Positions 20,114-29,294 are shown, counted from the stretch's first letter. The stretch: DNA of 41,129 nucleotides from Gammaproteobacteria bacterium (GCA_965658385.1 CBFHRY010000001.1:21334-62462); one strand, 5' to 3'. Notes: generated from the sequence alone by a model not told the origin. Program-made: numbers and translations.

Positions 20114-22990
20114 TTATTGGCATGCTTCACAATCTGGGTCATCCAGTGAGCATGCATCTGGAACTGGAGCTGGTGCTCCAAGTTCTTGCGGCGCTTCTGT
20201 GACTTCTGCACTTACCGCGTTTAAGTTACCTTGTTTTACTGTTGATTTTTCGGTTGTAGTTGCTGCTAAGGATCTTAAGTAATATGTAGTTTTAAGTCCT
20301 GAGTACCAAGCCATTCTATAAGTGATATCTAGTTTCTTACCATCAGCATTATTAATATAAAGATTTAATGATTGAGCTTGATCAATCCATTTTTGTCTTC
20401 TGCTGGCAGATTCAACAATATATTTTGGCTCTACCTCAAATGCAGTTGAGAAAAGTTTTTTGATGTCTTCTGGGATTCTTGATATTTGAGATAAGCTTCC
20501 TTCAAAATACTTAAGATCGTTTATCATTACATCATCCCACAATTTCAAATCTTTTAATTTGCTTACTAGGTGAGGGTTAACAATAGTGAACTCACCTGAC
20601 AAGTTAGATTTAACATATAGGTTTTGATATGTTGGTTCTATTGATTGTGTTACACCAGTAATATTTGAGATTGTCGCTGTTGGGGCTATAGCCATAACAT
20701 TAGAATTTCTCATTCCATCACTTATTACTTTCTTTCTAAGCGTATCCCAGTCTAACGTTTCTGAATCATCAACATTAATATATTGGCTTCCTCTGTTTTC
20801 AACCAATATTTTGATAGAATCTTTTGGAAGAATTCCTTGACTCCAAAGCGATCCATCATATGTTTTATATGATCCTCTTTCTTTTGCCAGCTCAGTCGAT
20901 GCATGAATTGCATAGTAACTTATTAATTCCATGCTTCTGTCAGCAAACTCAACTGCTTCATTACTACAATAAGGGATATTTTGAGTATATAAAGCATCTT
21001 GAAACCCCATCAACCCTAAACCGATTGGTCTATGTTTCAGGTTTGAGTTTTTTGCTGTATCAACAGAGTAGTAATTAATATCAATCACGTTATCGAGCAT
21101 TCTTATAGCAGTTGAAACTGTTTGTTTAACTTTTTCTTCATCAAGTCTGCCATCTTTCATATGCCTTGCTAAGTTAACCGAGCCAAGGTTACATACAGCT
21201 ATCTCATCAGCAGATGTATTTAATGTAATTTCTGTACAAAGGTTTGATGAGTGTATTACGCCGGCATGTTGTTGAGGTGATCTAAGGTTGCATGAATCTT
21301 TAAATGTTATCCATGGATGACCGGTCTCGAAAAGCATAGTAAGCATTTTTCTCCATAGCTCTTTGGCTGGAATAGACTTGAACTGATCCAGCTCTCCTGC
21401 TGCTGCTTTTGTTTCATATTCTTCATACTTTTCTTCAAATGCTTTACCTGTCAAATCGTGAAGCTCAGGTGTTTCGCCCGGTGAAAACAAGGTCCAATTG
21501 GCTCCTTCTTCAACTCTTTTCATAAAAAGATCTGGTACCCAGTTTGCGGTATTCATGTCGTGTGTTCTTCTTCTGTCATCACCTGTGTTTTTTCTAAGCT
21601 CCAAGAACTCTTCTATATCCAGATGCCAAGTCTCAAGGTATGCGCACATAGCACCTTTTCTTTTACCACCTTGGTTAACTGCAACAGCTGTATCATTAGC
21701 AACTTTAAGGAAGGGCACTACTCCTTGGCTTTTACCATTTGTTCCTTTTATGTAGGAATTCATTGCTCGAACTGAAGTCCAGTCATTGCCAAGTCCACCC
21801 GCCCACTTTGAGAGCAGTGCGTTATCTTTCATTGCCCCGAATATACCATCTAAGTCATCCGGTATGGTGGTTAGATAACATGAAGATAGCTGTGGTCTTT
21901 TTGTGCCTGAATTGAAGAGAGTAGGCGTTGAACTCATGTAGTCAAAGCTAGAGAGTAATCTATAAAACTCTATTGTGCGTTCTTCTCTGTCTTTCTCCTC
22001 TATTGCTAAGCCCATAGCTACCCTCATAAAGAATACTTGAGGTAACTCATACGTAACTTCATCAGAGTGAATAAAATATCTATCATATAAAGTTTGCAAG
22101 CCTAGGTATGTGAATTGATTGTCTCTTTGATGCTCTATTGCATTACCTAATTTTTCTAAATCATAGTTTTTTAGTTCTTCATCAAGAATATCTAGCTCAA
22201 TACCTTTATCAATATATGCTTTAAAGGCTTGAGGATAATATTGTTCCATTTGTTCATATGTTGCATCTTCTGCTACACCAAGAAATCCAAGTGCTTCATT
22301 TCTTATTTGGTCCATCAATATTCTTGCTGTAACAAACGAATAATTTGGTTCTTTCTCAACTTTTGTTCGAGCAGACATTATTAAACTAGATCTCATATCA
22401 TCCACAGAGACCCCATCATATAAATTTCTTAATGCCTCATTTAAAACTTCTTCTACAGAAACATCCTCTAATCCATCGCATGCATCATTTATAAGCGAGG
22501 CCAATCTTTCAACATCCAAAGGAACTTTTGAACCATCACTTTTGGTTATATTTATCTCTGGAACATCAGGAATATCTATAATTGGAGCGACTTTTTTTCT
22601 TTCTTGTGTTCGGCTTGCTCTATATAGGATATAACTCTTTGCAACTTCAAGCTCTTCTGCTCTCATTAACTGTAGCTCTACCTGATCTTGTATTTCTTCA
22701 ATGTGCAGTGTGCCGCCTGATGGCATTCTTCTCTCAAATACCTCCATAACGCTTTCAGAAATTTGACTTACTTTTCTATGTATTCTGTCGCTTGCCGCTG
22801 CATTACCAGATTCGATTGCAAGAAATGCTTTAGTAATAGCAACTTTAATTTTGTCTTCTTCAAATGCAACAACTTTGCCATTTCTTTTTATAACTCTCAG
22901 TCTGCCCGGAGCCGTCAACTCAATCTCGTTAACTTCTTGTCTTTGATCTATTTTTTTTTCTGTATTTTCTGTTTGTATTGTTGTTTCCAT
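20114..22990 (-). CDS. nrdA: ribonucleotide reductase class Ia alpha subunit with two N-terminal ATP-cone-like segments
   Basis: 958 aa. There are two ATP-cone-like stretches (VIKRNGKVVAFEEDKI..., ITKSDGSKVPLDVERL...), an active-site NLCTEI and a C-terminal Cys pair (CEAC). A 12-nt gap separates it from nrdB. Confidence 0.97.
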   Translation of the reverse strand: METTIQTENTEKKIDQRQEVNEIELTAPGRLRVIKRNGKVVAFEEDKIKVAITKAFLAIESGNAAASDRIHRKVSQISESVMEVFERRMPSGGTLHIEEIQDQVELQLMRAEELEVAKSYILYRASRTQERKKVAPIIDIPDVPEINITKSDGSKVPLDVERLASLINDACDGLEDVSVEEVLNEALRNLYDGVSVDDMRSSLIMSARTKVEKEPNYSFVTARILMDQIRNEALGFLGVAEDATYEQMEQYYPQAFKAYIDKGIELDILDEELKNYDLEKLGNAIEHQRDNQFTYLGLQTLYDRYFIHSDEVTYELPQVFFMRVAMGLAIEEKDREERTIEFYRLLSSFDYMSSTPTLFNSGTKRPQLSSCYLTTIPDDLDGIFGAMKDNALLSKWAGGLGNDWTSVRAMNSYIKGTNGKSQGVVPFLKVANDTAVAVNQGGKRKGAMCAYLETWHLDIEEFLELRKNTGDDRRRTHDMNTANWVPDLFMKRVEEGANWTLFSPGETPELHDLTGKAFEEKYEEYETKAAAGELDQFKSIPAKELWRKMLTMLFETGHPWITFKDSCNLRSPQQHAGVIHSSNLCTEITLNTSADEIAVCNLGSVNLARHMKDGRLDEEKVKQTVSTAIRMLDNVIDINYYSVDTAKNSNLKHRPIGLGLMGFQDALYTQNIPYCSNEAVEFADRSMELISYYAIHASTELAKERGSYKTYDGSLWSQGILPKDSIKILVENRGSQYINVDDSETLDWDTLRKKVISDGMRNSNVMAIAPTATISNITGVTQSIEPTYQNLYVKSNLSGEFTIVNPHLVSKLKDLKLWDDVMINDLKYFEGSLSQISRIPEDIKKLFSTAFEVEPKYIVESASRRQKWIDQAQSLNLYINNADGKKLDITYRMAWYSGLKTTYYLRSLAATTTEKSTVKQGNLNAVSAEVTEAPQELGAPAPVPDACSLDDPDCEACQ

Positions 22991-23128
22991 TTCCTGTTAC
23001 CGTTTTCCCCTAAATTTGTACTCAAAAATCTTCCACTCCACTAAGAGTTGTTTTTAACTTCTTGGAAGGATTTTGTGTGTCTGCAGTTACACTTACCTTT
23101 TTTTTCGTTACACCCTAATATTACAAGT

Positions 23129-23137
23129 TGTGGATAA
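23129..23137. promoter_or_regulatory. perfect DnaA box (TGTGGATAA on +)
   Basis: Exact reverse complement of the consensus TTATCCACA, in the nrdA/glpK divergent intergenic region. Confidence 0.55.
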
Positions 23138-23153
23138 AGAATCAAGTAAAAAA

Positions 23154-23169
23154 ACACTATATATTGTGA
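23154..23169. promoter_or_regulatory. NrdR box 1
   Basis: ACACTATATATTGTGA is a near-palindrome matching the NrdR operator pattern (acaCwAtATaTwGtgt). It lies upstream of nrdA. Confidence 0.7.
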
Positions 23170-23183
23170 CAATTTACTTTTTT

Positions 23184-23199
23184 TTCACTATATAGTGTA
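23184..23199. promoter_or_regulatory. NrdR box 2
   Basis: TTCACTATATAGTGTA has a core CACTATATAGTG that is a perfect 12-bp palindrome. Centre-to-centre distance to box 1 is 30 bp (about three helical turns). Confidence 0.7.
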
Positions 23200-23239
23200 T
23201 ATATGCTGTTTTTTTACTGTTGGAAATCAGTGAATAAAT

Positions 23240-23248
23240 TGTGGATAA
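23240..23248. promoter_or_regulatory. perfect DnaA box (TGTGGATAA on +)
   Basis: Second exact consensus 9-mer, in the same orientation and 111 bp from the first. It lies 22 nt upstream of the glpK ATG. Confidence 0.55.
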
Positions 23249-23270
23249 TTATGAAAATAGGAGTAAGTAT

Positions 23271-24728
23271 ATGAATAAGTTTTTATCTATTGATCAGGGC
23301 ACAACAAGCTCAAGAGCAGTCTTATTTGATGCTAATTTAACACCTTTAAATAGTTACCAAAAAGAATATGGTTTGAATTATCCACACAGCGGGTGGGTTG
23401 AGCTAGACCCAAAAGACGTTCTGTCCACAGTAAAAGAATCAATAGAAAATATATTGGGTGAAGTAGGTGGAACTGATATTAAATCATGCGGCATAACCAA
23501 TCAAAGAGAAACAACGATTGTTTGGGAAAAATTATCAGGGAAGCCAATTTATCCTGGGATAGTTTGGCAGGATAGAAGGACAGCAGATTATTGTGAAGAA
23601 CTAAGGCAAAAAGGATCAGAGGATGCCGTGAAAGATAAAACTGGTCTTCTTTTAGATCCATATTTCTCTGCAACTAAGATTAAATGGATTTTAGATAATG
23701 TGCCCGGAGCTTTAAGCAGGGCTGAGAATGGCGAGTTATTATTTGGAACTATTGACTCATATCTTATATATAACTTAACAAAAGAAAAAAACCACTTAAC
23801 GGATATAACCAATGCATCTAGAACCTTGCTTTATAACATCAAGGAAGAATCATGGGATCAAGAGTTGCTTGATTTATTTGGTATACCAAAAGAAATGTTG
23901 CCCGATGTATATGATTGTGATGCAGACTTTGGGACACTTATATACGGGAATCATCCAATTAAGATAAATGGGGTGATTGGAGACCAGCAAAGCGCGCTAG
24001 TAGGACAAAGATGTTTTAAAAGTGGTCAGATGAAATCAACTTTTGGAACTGGATGCTTTCTTATGGTTAATACTGCGGAGGAGGTTCTTAAAGTTAAAGA
24101 GGGTCTTCTAACTACAGTGGGCTATAAAATAGATGGACAAATTTCTTATGCCGTTGAAGGAAGCATTTATTCGTGTGGCAATATTGTTAAGTGGCTAAGA
24201 GATGGTATGAAATTTTTTGATAAAGCATCTGAAAGTGAAAAGATGATTTTAAGCTCAGATGATAATGATGGCGACATTTTATTCCTACCTGCCTTTAATG
24301 GCTTAGGGGCTCCATACTGGAATTCTTCAGTTCGGGGTGGGTTTTATGGAATAACTCAAAATACAAGAAGAGAGGAAATGGTTACAGCGGCATTCGAATC
24401 AATATGCTTTCAGGTTCTTGATATCATCAAGATATTGGAAGACTACAAAATTTCCTCAGAAGAACTTCGGGTTGATGGGGGAATGATTGCAAACAATGTT
24501 TTTTGTCAGCTTCTTTCAGACACTTTAAACAAGGAAATTATCTCACCAAAAAACATTGAATCGACAGCACTTGGTGCATGTATTGTTGCAATGATTGGAT
24601 CTGGTACGATCAAGGATTTTAATGATGTAAATATAGAAAAGTCATTCCAATCATCCTTTGCAACCAACACAAACCTGCTTAAAAAATATGATAAATGGAA
24701 AAGATATATAAATAATTCCTTATCTTAA
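23271..24728 (+). CDS. glpK: glycerol kinase
   Basis: MNKFLSIDQGTTSSRAVLFD is a canonical GlpK N-terminus. AGGAG lies 7 nt upstream of ATG 23271, so I reject the track's GTG at 23241. GITNQRETT and the FGGY-family C-terminal domain are present. Confidence 0.93.
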   Translation: MNKFLSIDQGTTSSRAVLFDANLTPLNSYQKEYGLNYPHSGWVELDPKDVLSTVKESIENILGEVGGTDIKSCGITNQRETTIVWEKLSGKPIYPGIVWQDRRTADYCEELRQKGSEDAVKDKTGLLLDPYFSATKIKWILDNVPGALSRAENGELLFGTIDSYLIYNLTKEKNHLTDITNASRTLLYNIKEESWDQELLDLFGIPKEMLPDVYDCDADFGTLIYGNHPIKINGVIGDQQSALVGQRCFKSGQMKSTFGTGCFLMVNTAEEVLKVKEGLLTTVGYKIDGQISYAVEGSIYSCGNIVKWLRDGMKFFDKASESEKMILSSDDNDGDILFLPAFNGLGAPYWNSSVRGGFYGITQNTRREEMVTAAFESICFQVLDIIKILEDYKISSEELRVDGGMIANNVFCQLLSDTLNKEIISPKNIESTALGACIVAMIGSGTIKDFNDVNIEKSFQSSFATNTNLLKKYDKWKRYINNSLS

Positions 24729-24768
24729 TTTGTGTAATATATAATATAGTTTTAAATCCCAGACAAAA

Positions 24769-25944
24769 ATGTACACATACAAAATTTACAACAATATAGC
24801 CCAAGAGGGCATAGATACCCTTAATGAAAACGGCCTAAAAGAAGACCAAGTAAATCCAGATTCGCTCCTACTAAGAAGCCAGGTTCTAAATGATAGTGAC
24901 TTCAATGATTCATTAAAATGCATCGGAAGAGCCGGTGCCGGTACTAATAATATCCCAGTTGGCGATGCTACTGATAGAGGTGTTGTTGTTTTTAATACTC
25001 CAGGGGCAAATGCAAATGCTGTTAAGGAATTGGTTGTTTGCGGGATGCTGCTAGCATCTCGAGGTATCATCCAAGGTAGTTCTTATGCAATGACCTTAAA
25101 AGGAATGGCAGCAGATGAGCTTAATAAATCAATGGAATCACAAAAGAAATTCTTTAAAGGTTCAGAGCTTAAAGGAAAAACTCTTGGTATTGTAGGCCTT
25201 GGTGCCATTGGATCTCTATTAGCACAAACAGCCAACATCATGGGTATGAAAATTATTGGATTTGATCCATATATTTCAGTTGATGCAGCATGGAGACTTC
25301 CGAAAGAAGTAGAAAAAGCTGATTCTTTGGAAGCCTTGCTAGCTAATTGCGATTATATTTCTTTACATGTACCTTTGGTTGATTCAACAAAAAATTTAAT
25401 ATCTTCAAAAACTTTATCTTTTCTTAAAGATGGAGCAAAAATAATAAATCTATCAAGAGGCGGCATAGTAAATAATGATGACATATTAAATTCTCTTGAG
25501 TCAGGAAAAGTTAACAGATATGTTACTGATTTCCCAACACCAGATCTGATCAAAAGAGCTGATGAAAATGGAGATGTAATTTTACTCCCACACTTAGGAG
25601 CAAGTACAAAAGAAGCAGAAATAAATTGTGCAAATATGGCATGTGAACAAGTGTCAAATTTTCTTAAAAATGGGACTATAGTTAACTCTGTAAATTTTCC
25701 ATCTATTAGGCTTGGTAGAACAACAAATTTTAGGTTGATAATAATTAATAAAAATGAACCAGGAATGATAGGAAAAATTGCAGATCAAATTGCTTCTTCT
25801 AATTTAAATATCACAGACATGACTAACAAGAGCAGGGATGAAATAGCTATCAACCTTATTGATCTTGATGAAAATCCTTCAGCTGAGATTATTGATAATA
25901 TCGAAAAGATAGAGCATGTCTTAAGCGTTAGACTTTGCAAATAA
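24769..25944 (+). CDS. serA: D-3-phosphoglycerate dehydrogenase with C-terminal ACT domain
   Basis: 391 aa. It has the D-2-hydroxyacid dehydrogenase NAD motif (GIVGLGAIGS), SRGGIV and a catalytic His (LPHLGAST), plus an ACT-like C-terminus. Confidence 0.85.
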   Translation: MYTYKIYNNIAQEGIDTLNENGLKEDQVNPDSLLLRSQVLNDSDFNDSLKCIGRAGAGTNNIPVGDATDRGVVVFNTPGANANAVKELVVCGMLLASRGIIQGSSYAMTLKGMAADELNKSMESQKKFFKGSELKGKTLGIVGLGAIGSLLAQTANIMGMKIIGFDPYISVDAAWRLPKEVEKADSLEALLANCDYISLHVPLVDSTKNLISSKTLSFLKDGAKIINLSRGGIVNNDDILNSLESGKVNRYVTDFPTPDLIKRADENGDVILLPHLGASTKEAEINCANMACEQVSNFLKNGTIVNSVNFPSIRLGRTTNFRLIIINKNEPGMIGKIADQIASSNLNITDMTNKSRDEIAINLIDLDENPSAEIIDNIEKIEHVLSVRLCK

Positions 25945-26151
25945 TTTTTTTTGCTTGCAAATATAGTGCTTTGAGCTAAGTGACCGCTATCAGTTTGCTT
26001 TTGTATATATTTTACAAAAATAAATACTTGTCAACAGAATAATAAAACTTTAAACCGACAGCTATCTTGATTTTAATTTTTATTGAGTAATAATATCATA
26101 ATCATTATAAAATACTGATATGCGGTAATTTATATATAAATTGTACAATTT

Positions 26152-26180
26152 TTGACCAATATCTAAAAAACCTTTATAAA
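26152..26180 (+). promoter_or_regulatory. candidate sigma70 promoter for ung
   Basis: TTGACC (26152-26157), a 17-nt spacer, then TATAAA (26175-26180). This would place the DnaA-box cluster in the transcribed leader. Such matches are common by chance in AT-rich DNA. Confidence 0.3.
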
Positions 26181-26207
26181 TAAGGCTTTTATGTGATATA
26201 AATAAAG

Positions 26208-26242
26208 TTATCCATAACTTTATCCACAGTTTCTGTGGATAA
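26208..26242. promoter_or_regulatory. cluster of three DnaA boxes
   Basis: TTATCCATA (26208-26216), TTATCCACA (26220-26228) and TGTGGATAA (26234-26242). The last two form a perfect inverted repeat TTATCCACAG-TTT-CTGTGGATAA (26220-26242). Confidence 0.6.
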
Positions 26243-26257
26243 AAATTTTCTATAATT

Positions 26258-26938
26258 ATGATTAAAAACTATAGTTTAAATTTTAATAAAAATTGGCATG
26301 ATTGTTTAATAGATTATGTTAATTTTGATGAATTAGAAAAGGTCATTGCGTATCTCAACTCAGAAAAAAATAAAGGTCTAGAAATATTTCCAAACGAAGA
26401 TTTGTTATTTAATGCCTACAACTTGTGCGCCTTATCTGATATAAAAGTTGTAATCTTTGGGCAAGACCCTTATCCAAAAAAAGGCCAAGCAAATGGCCTT
26501 TCATTCTCTTCAAATTTTGACAATAAAATCCCAAAATCTTTGGCAAATATTTTTAAAGAAATAGAGTCAGATTTAGGAATAAAAAATACTTCACCAGACT
26601 TAAAAATATGGGCTCATCAAGGAGTACTTTTACTAAATAGATATTTGAGTGTAGAAGAAGGAAAACCTCAATCTCATTCGTCTATTGGTTGGGACAAATT
26701 AACTATAGCTACCCTAAAATTATTAAATGATAAGAGACAAAATATAGTGTATTTATTATGGGGTAATGAATCTAAAAAATTAGCAGAATTTATAAATAAT
26801 GAAAAAAATCTGGTTTTAAAATCTCCTCACCCATCACCGCTTTCTGCTTATAAGGGCTTTTTTGGATGTAAACATTTTTCACAAGCTAATAGTTACTTAA
26901 GAAGATTAAACAAAGAACCAATTGACTGGTCTACTTAA
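26258..26938 (+). CDS. ung: uracil-DNA glycosylase (family 1)
   Basis: 226 aa with the GQDPYP water-activating motif and the HPSPLSA leucine-loop motif. Confidence 0.93.
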   Translation: MIKNYSLNFNKNWHDCLIDYVNFDELEKVIAYLNSEKNKGLEIFPNEDLLFNAYNLCALSDIKVVIFGQDPYPKKGQANGLSFSSNFDNKIPKSLANIFKEIESDLGIKNTSPDLKIWAHQGVLLLNRYLSVEEGKPQSHSSIGWDKLTIATLKLLNDKRQNIVYLLWGNESKKLAEFINNEKNLVLKSPHPSPLSAYKGFFGCKHFSQANSYLRRLNKEPIDWST

Positions 26939-27716
26939 CAAAAATACTCGTAACTGAGTTTATTAAGTCATCAAGTAAATTTTTATTACCTAACAAGACA
27001 TTCATATGCATTGCTTTAGTTTGATATGAAAGAAGATTGATAATTTTTTTATTTTCTAACTTGAGAGGATTTGAAGTTATAACAAGACGCATGCTTGTTT
27101 TCTCTTTGCCAAGATATTTCATTCTTGCAATTATTTCTTGCCCTCTAAAACATCCCTTATTAAATGATATTCGAGTTTTATCCTGCATAATTTCAGCTGG
27201 CCTAAACTTTCCCGAATCAATTGAGCTAATATTGTAATTCCCGAGCAATAGATTGGTTGTAATCCAATCTTCTTTTGTAAGTGTGCTATCTATTTTGTCC
27301 CTAGAAAATTTAACTGAAAGGCCAAAAGTTTCATTTCTTAATAAAGTCCCTTCAAGATTTCTTTTAACTACATAGCCGTGAACATAATCTTTATTTTTTA
27401 TAAAGTTTACTGAGAAAAATTTTGCATATGGTTCTAGGTCGTTTACAAATAATTCAACTAACTCATTCTTAATAATAATTTTATAATCGTTCCCAAACCT
27501 ATTAATTACAAAATCTGCAACAACTTGTCCTTTCTGATTGCAGATAGAAGATAATTGATAGTCGCCATCTCTACTTAAGCTTGATATATCTGAAGTTAAC
27601 TGACCTTGAAGAAAATCAAATGATTTATTTGTTTTGCTATGCACTTCTAACACAGACATGTCATCAAGCATTAATTGACCTGCGACCAATAAATTATTTT
27701 CTTCTATTTTTTTCAA
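26931..27716 (-). CDS. ygfZ: folate-binding tRNA-modification/Fe-S repair protein YgfZ
   Basis: 261 aa with the signature KGCFRGQE motif. It is divergent from sdhE, as in E. coli (ygfZ / ygfY). Confidence 0.85.
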   Translation of the reverse strand: MKKIEENNLLVAGQLMLDDMSVLEVHSKTNKSFDFLQGQLTSDISSLSRDGDYQLSSICNQKGQVVADFVINRFGNDYKIIIKNELVELFVNDLEPYAKFFSVNFIKNKDYVHGYVVKRNLEGTLLRNETFGLSVKFSRDKIDSTLTKEDWITTNLLLGNYNISSIDSGKFRPAEIMQDKTRISFNKGCFRGQEIIARMKYLGKEKTSMRLVITSNPLKLENKKIINLLSYQTKAMHMNVLLGNKNLLDDLINSVTSIFVK

Positions 27717-27750
27717 GTAAAATGTTGTTAATAAAATCTAATTTTAACCA

Positions 27751-28008
27751 ATGAGCAAAGAAATAAACAGAATCAAATGGAAATGTAGACGAGGTATGAG
27801 AGAACTTGATCTTTTGTTGCGTGAGTTTGCTGCTAAATATCTTGAAAAGCTTGATGAGACTAATCTAAAAATTCTTGATGAGGTTTTGGATTATGATGAT
27901 CAGTCTCTTTTTGATTATATTTTTAAAAATATCTCTCTCAGTAATAACAGGCATGAACATTTTATTGATAAATTCTTAAAAAAATTTTCAACAATGGGAA
28001 ACTTTTAA
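27751..28008 (+). CDS. sdhE: FAD assembly factor SdhE (YgfY)
   Basis: 85 aa. KWKCRRGMRELDLLL contains the conserved RGxxE motif. Confidence 0.85.
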   Translation: MSKEINRIKWKCRRGMRELDLLLREFAAKYLEKLDETNLKILDEVLDYDDQSLFDYIFKNISLSNNRHEHFIDKFLKKFSTMGNF

Positions 28009-28040
28009 AATAAAACGCTGTCATATGAGTAAAGGAATCA

Positions 28041-28616
28041 ATGCTAATGAATCAAAATCATACTGAAGATTCTTTATTAATAAATAAAGCGAGGCAAGGT
28101 AATAAAGAAGCCCTAAATATTTTAATGACTAAACACTATCCAAGAGTTTATGCATCTTTGTATGCATATACACAATCCAAAGAAGATGCTGAGGATCTTG
28201 CGCAAGCAACATTTATAAAAGCATGGAAAGCGCTTGAATCTTTCAGAGGCGATAGTGCTTTTTTTACATGGTTGTACAGGATTGCAATTAATCTTGCTAA
28301 AAATCATTTTCAAAGCTCAGCTTTCAAAAAGCAGAAGATGAATATTTCTGAAGATGAGAGAGTTTATGAAATTGAAGACATATCAAATGTTGAAACTGAT
28401 TTAATGCATGAAGATTCTCTCAGAAAAATTAACAGCTTTATACAAACTTTGCCTGAAAATCTAAGAACTTCATTTACTCTAAGAGAGGTTGAAGGTAAAA
28501 GTTACGAGGAAATAGCAATAATTACAGATACCCCAATAGGAACTGTTAGGTCTAGAATTTTTAGAGCTAGAGAAACAATTCTTAAGTATATTAATACGGA
28601 GTTAAATTATGGATAA
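28041..28616 (+). CDS. rpoE: ECF RNA polymerase sigma factor sigma-E (AlgU/RpoE type)
   Basis: 191 aa. Region 2 (FFTWLYRIAINLAKN) and region 4 (SYEEIAIITDTPIGTVRSRIFRARE) are present. It is followed by an anti-sigma gene and a DegP-type protease. Confidence 0.9.
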   Translation: MLMNQNHTEDSLLINKARQGNKEALNILMTKHYPRVYASLYAYTQSKEDAEDLAQATFIKAWKALESFRGDSAFFTWLYRIAINLAKNHFQSSAFKKQKMNISEDERVYEIEDISNVETDLMHEDSLRKINSFIQTLPENLRTSFTLREVEGKSYEEIAIITDTPIGTVRSRIFRARETILKYINTELNYG

Positions 28617-29292
28617 ATATGATGAGGATATTTCATCTTTTTATGATGGCGAATTAGACGCAGATAGCTTTAAGAAGTCTTTATCAAATTCTACCGATGC
28701 AGGATTTAAAGAGAAAATTTCTATGTATGGAGTAATCTCCACAGCGGCTAATTTTAATAATATAAACGTCGTTCCCATAAAAAACAGTAATCCAAATAGC
28801 AACAAAATCTTATGGTTCTCTAATGGGCTCACAGCTGCTGCTTCCATTTTGCTGACAGTGTTATTCATAAACCAATCAGATTTTTCCAGACTAGGTATAG
28901 ACAAAGATGCTCAGGATGCATTAAACCTTGCAATCAAAAGTCCTGAGGCACAAGAAATTGCAAATTCTAGAGAAGATAACTTGGTCAATCATGTACTAAG
29001 CGTAGTTAATAATTCAGCTTTAGGCTCTACAGAAAATCTGATGGACTTGAGAAATGTTGGCTTTAATTTAAATGATGCCTCAAAAAGACATTATTCAAAT
29101 GGCAAACAAAATTTTACTATGCATATTGAAAAAAAGAATTTTAATCTTAATAAGGTTAGATATTGGAGATATGGAAACAAAAATATTTATTTGATACCCC
29201 TTAAAGATGGAAGAACTCTTACATTGTATGGAGATTTAGACCAAAGAAGTGCTCAGCAAATTATAAATAATATTAAATTAAACCAAGGATAA
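28609..29292 (+). CDS. anti-sigma-E factor, RseA/MucA-like
   Basis: 227 aa. The N-terminal SSFYDGELD resembles the RseA_N motif. There is a single TM segment (ILWFSNGLTAAASILLTVLFI) and a periplasmic C-domain. It overlaps the rpoE end by 8 nt. Confidence 0.7.
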   Translation: MDKYDEDISSFYDGELDADSFKKSLSNSTDAGFKEKISMYGVISTAANFNNINVVPIKNSNPNSNKILWFSNGLTAAASILLTVLFINQSDFSRLGIDKDAQDALNLAIKSPEAQEIANSREDNLVNHVLSVVNNSALGSTENLMDLRNVGFNLNDASKRHYSNGKQNFTMHIEKKNFNLNKVRYWRYGNKNIYLIPLKDGRTLTLYGDLDQRSAQQIINNIKLNQG

Positions 29293-29294
29293 AG

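Noticed and set aside
23241-23270. The track's GTG 23241 start for glpK, which adds 10 residues (MDNYENRSKY).
   Set aside because: ATG 23271 has AGGAG at the proper spacing and yields the canonical GlpK N-terminus. The GTG lies inside the DnaA box.
25933-25965. Possible terminator after serA formed by TTTGCAA / TTGCAAA around a T8 run.
   Set aside because: It has only 7 weak AT-rich base pairs and a loop of about 15 nt that contains the T-run rather than following the stem. It is not convincing as an intrinsic terminator.
25945-26257. Possible 6S RNA (ssrS) or another structured sRNA in the serA-ung spacer. The idea came from ssrS lying in the serA/ygfZ neighbourhood in E. coli. A minus-strand TTGACA at 26029-26034 could drive a short antisense transcript.
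   Set aside because: The spacer is extremely AT-rich. I cannot find the long closing stem and central-bubble architecture of 6S RNA or any G+C-rich helices. The -10 partner of the minus-strand TTGACA is poor, and there is no terminator. A covariance-model scan (Rfam 6S) would settle it.
25945-26257. Calling this spacer a complete oriC.
   Set aside because: Only three boxes are packed into 35 bp. I see no GATC sites and no recognisable 13-mer DUE repeats. The flanking genes (serA, ung) are not classic origin neighbours such as dnaA, mnmG or rpmH. I keep it only as one hypothesis, pending whole-genome skew analysis.
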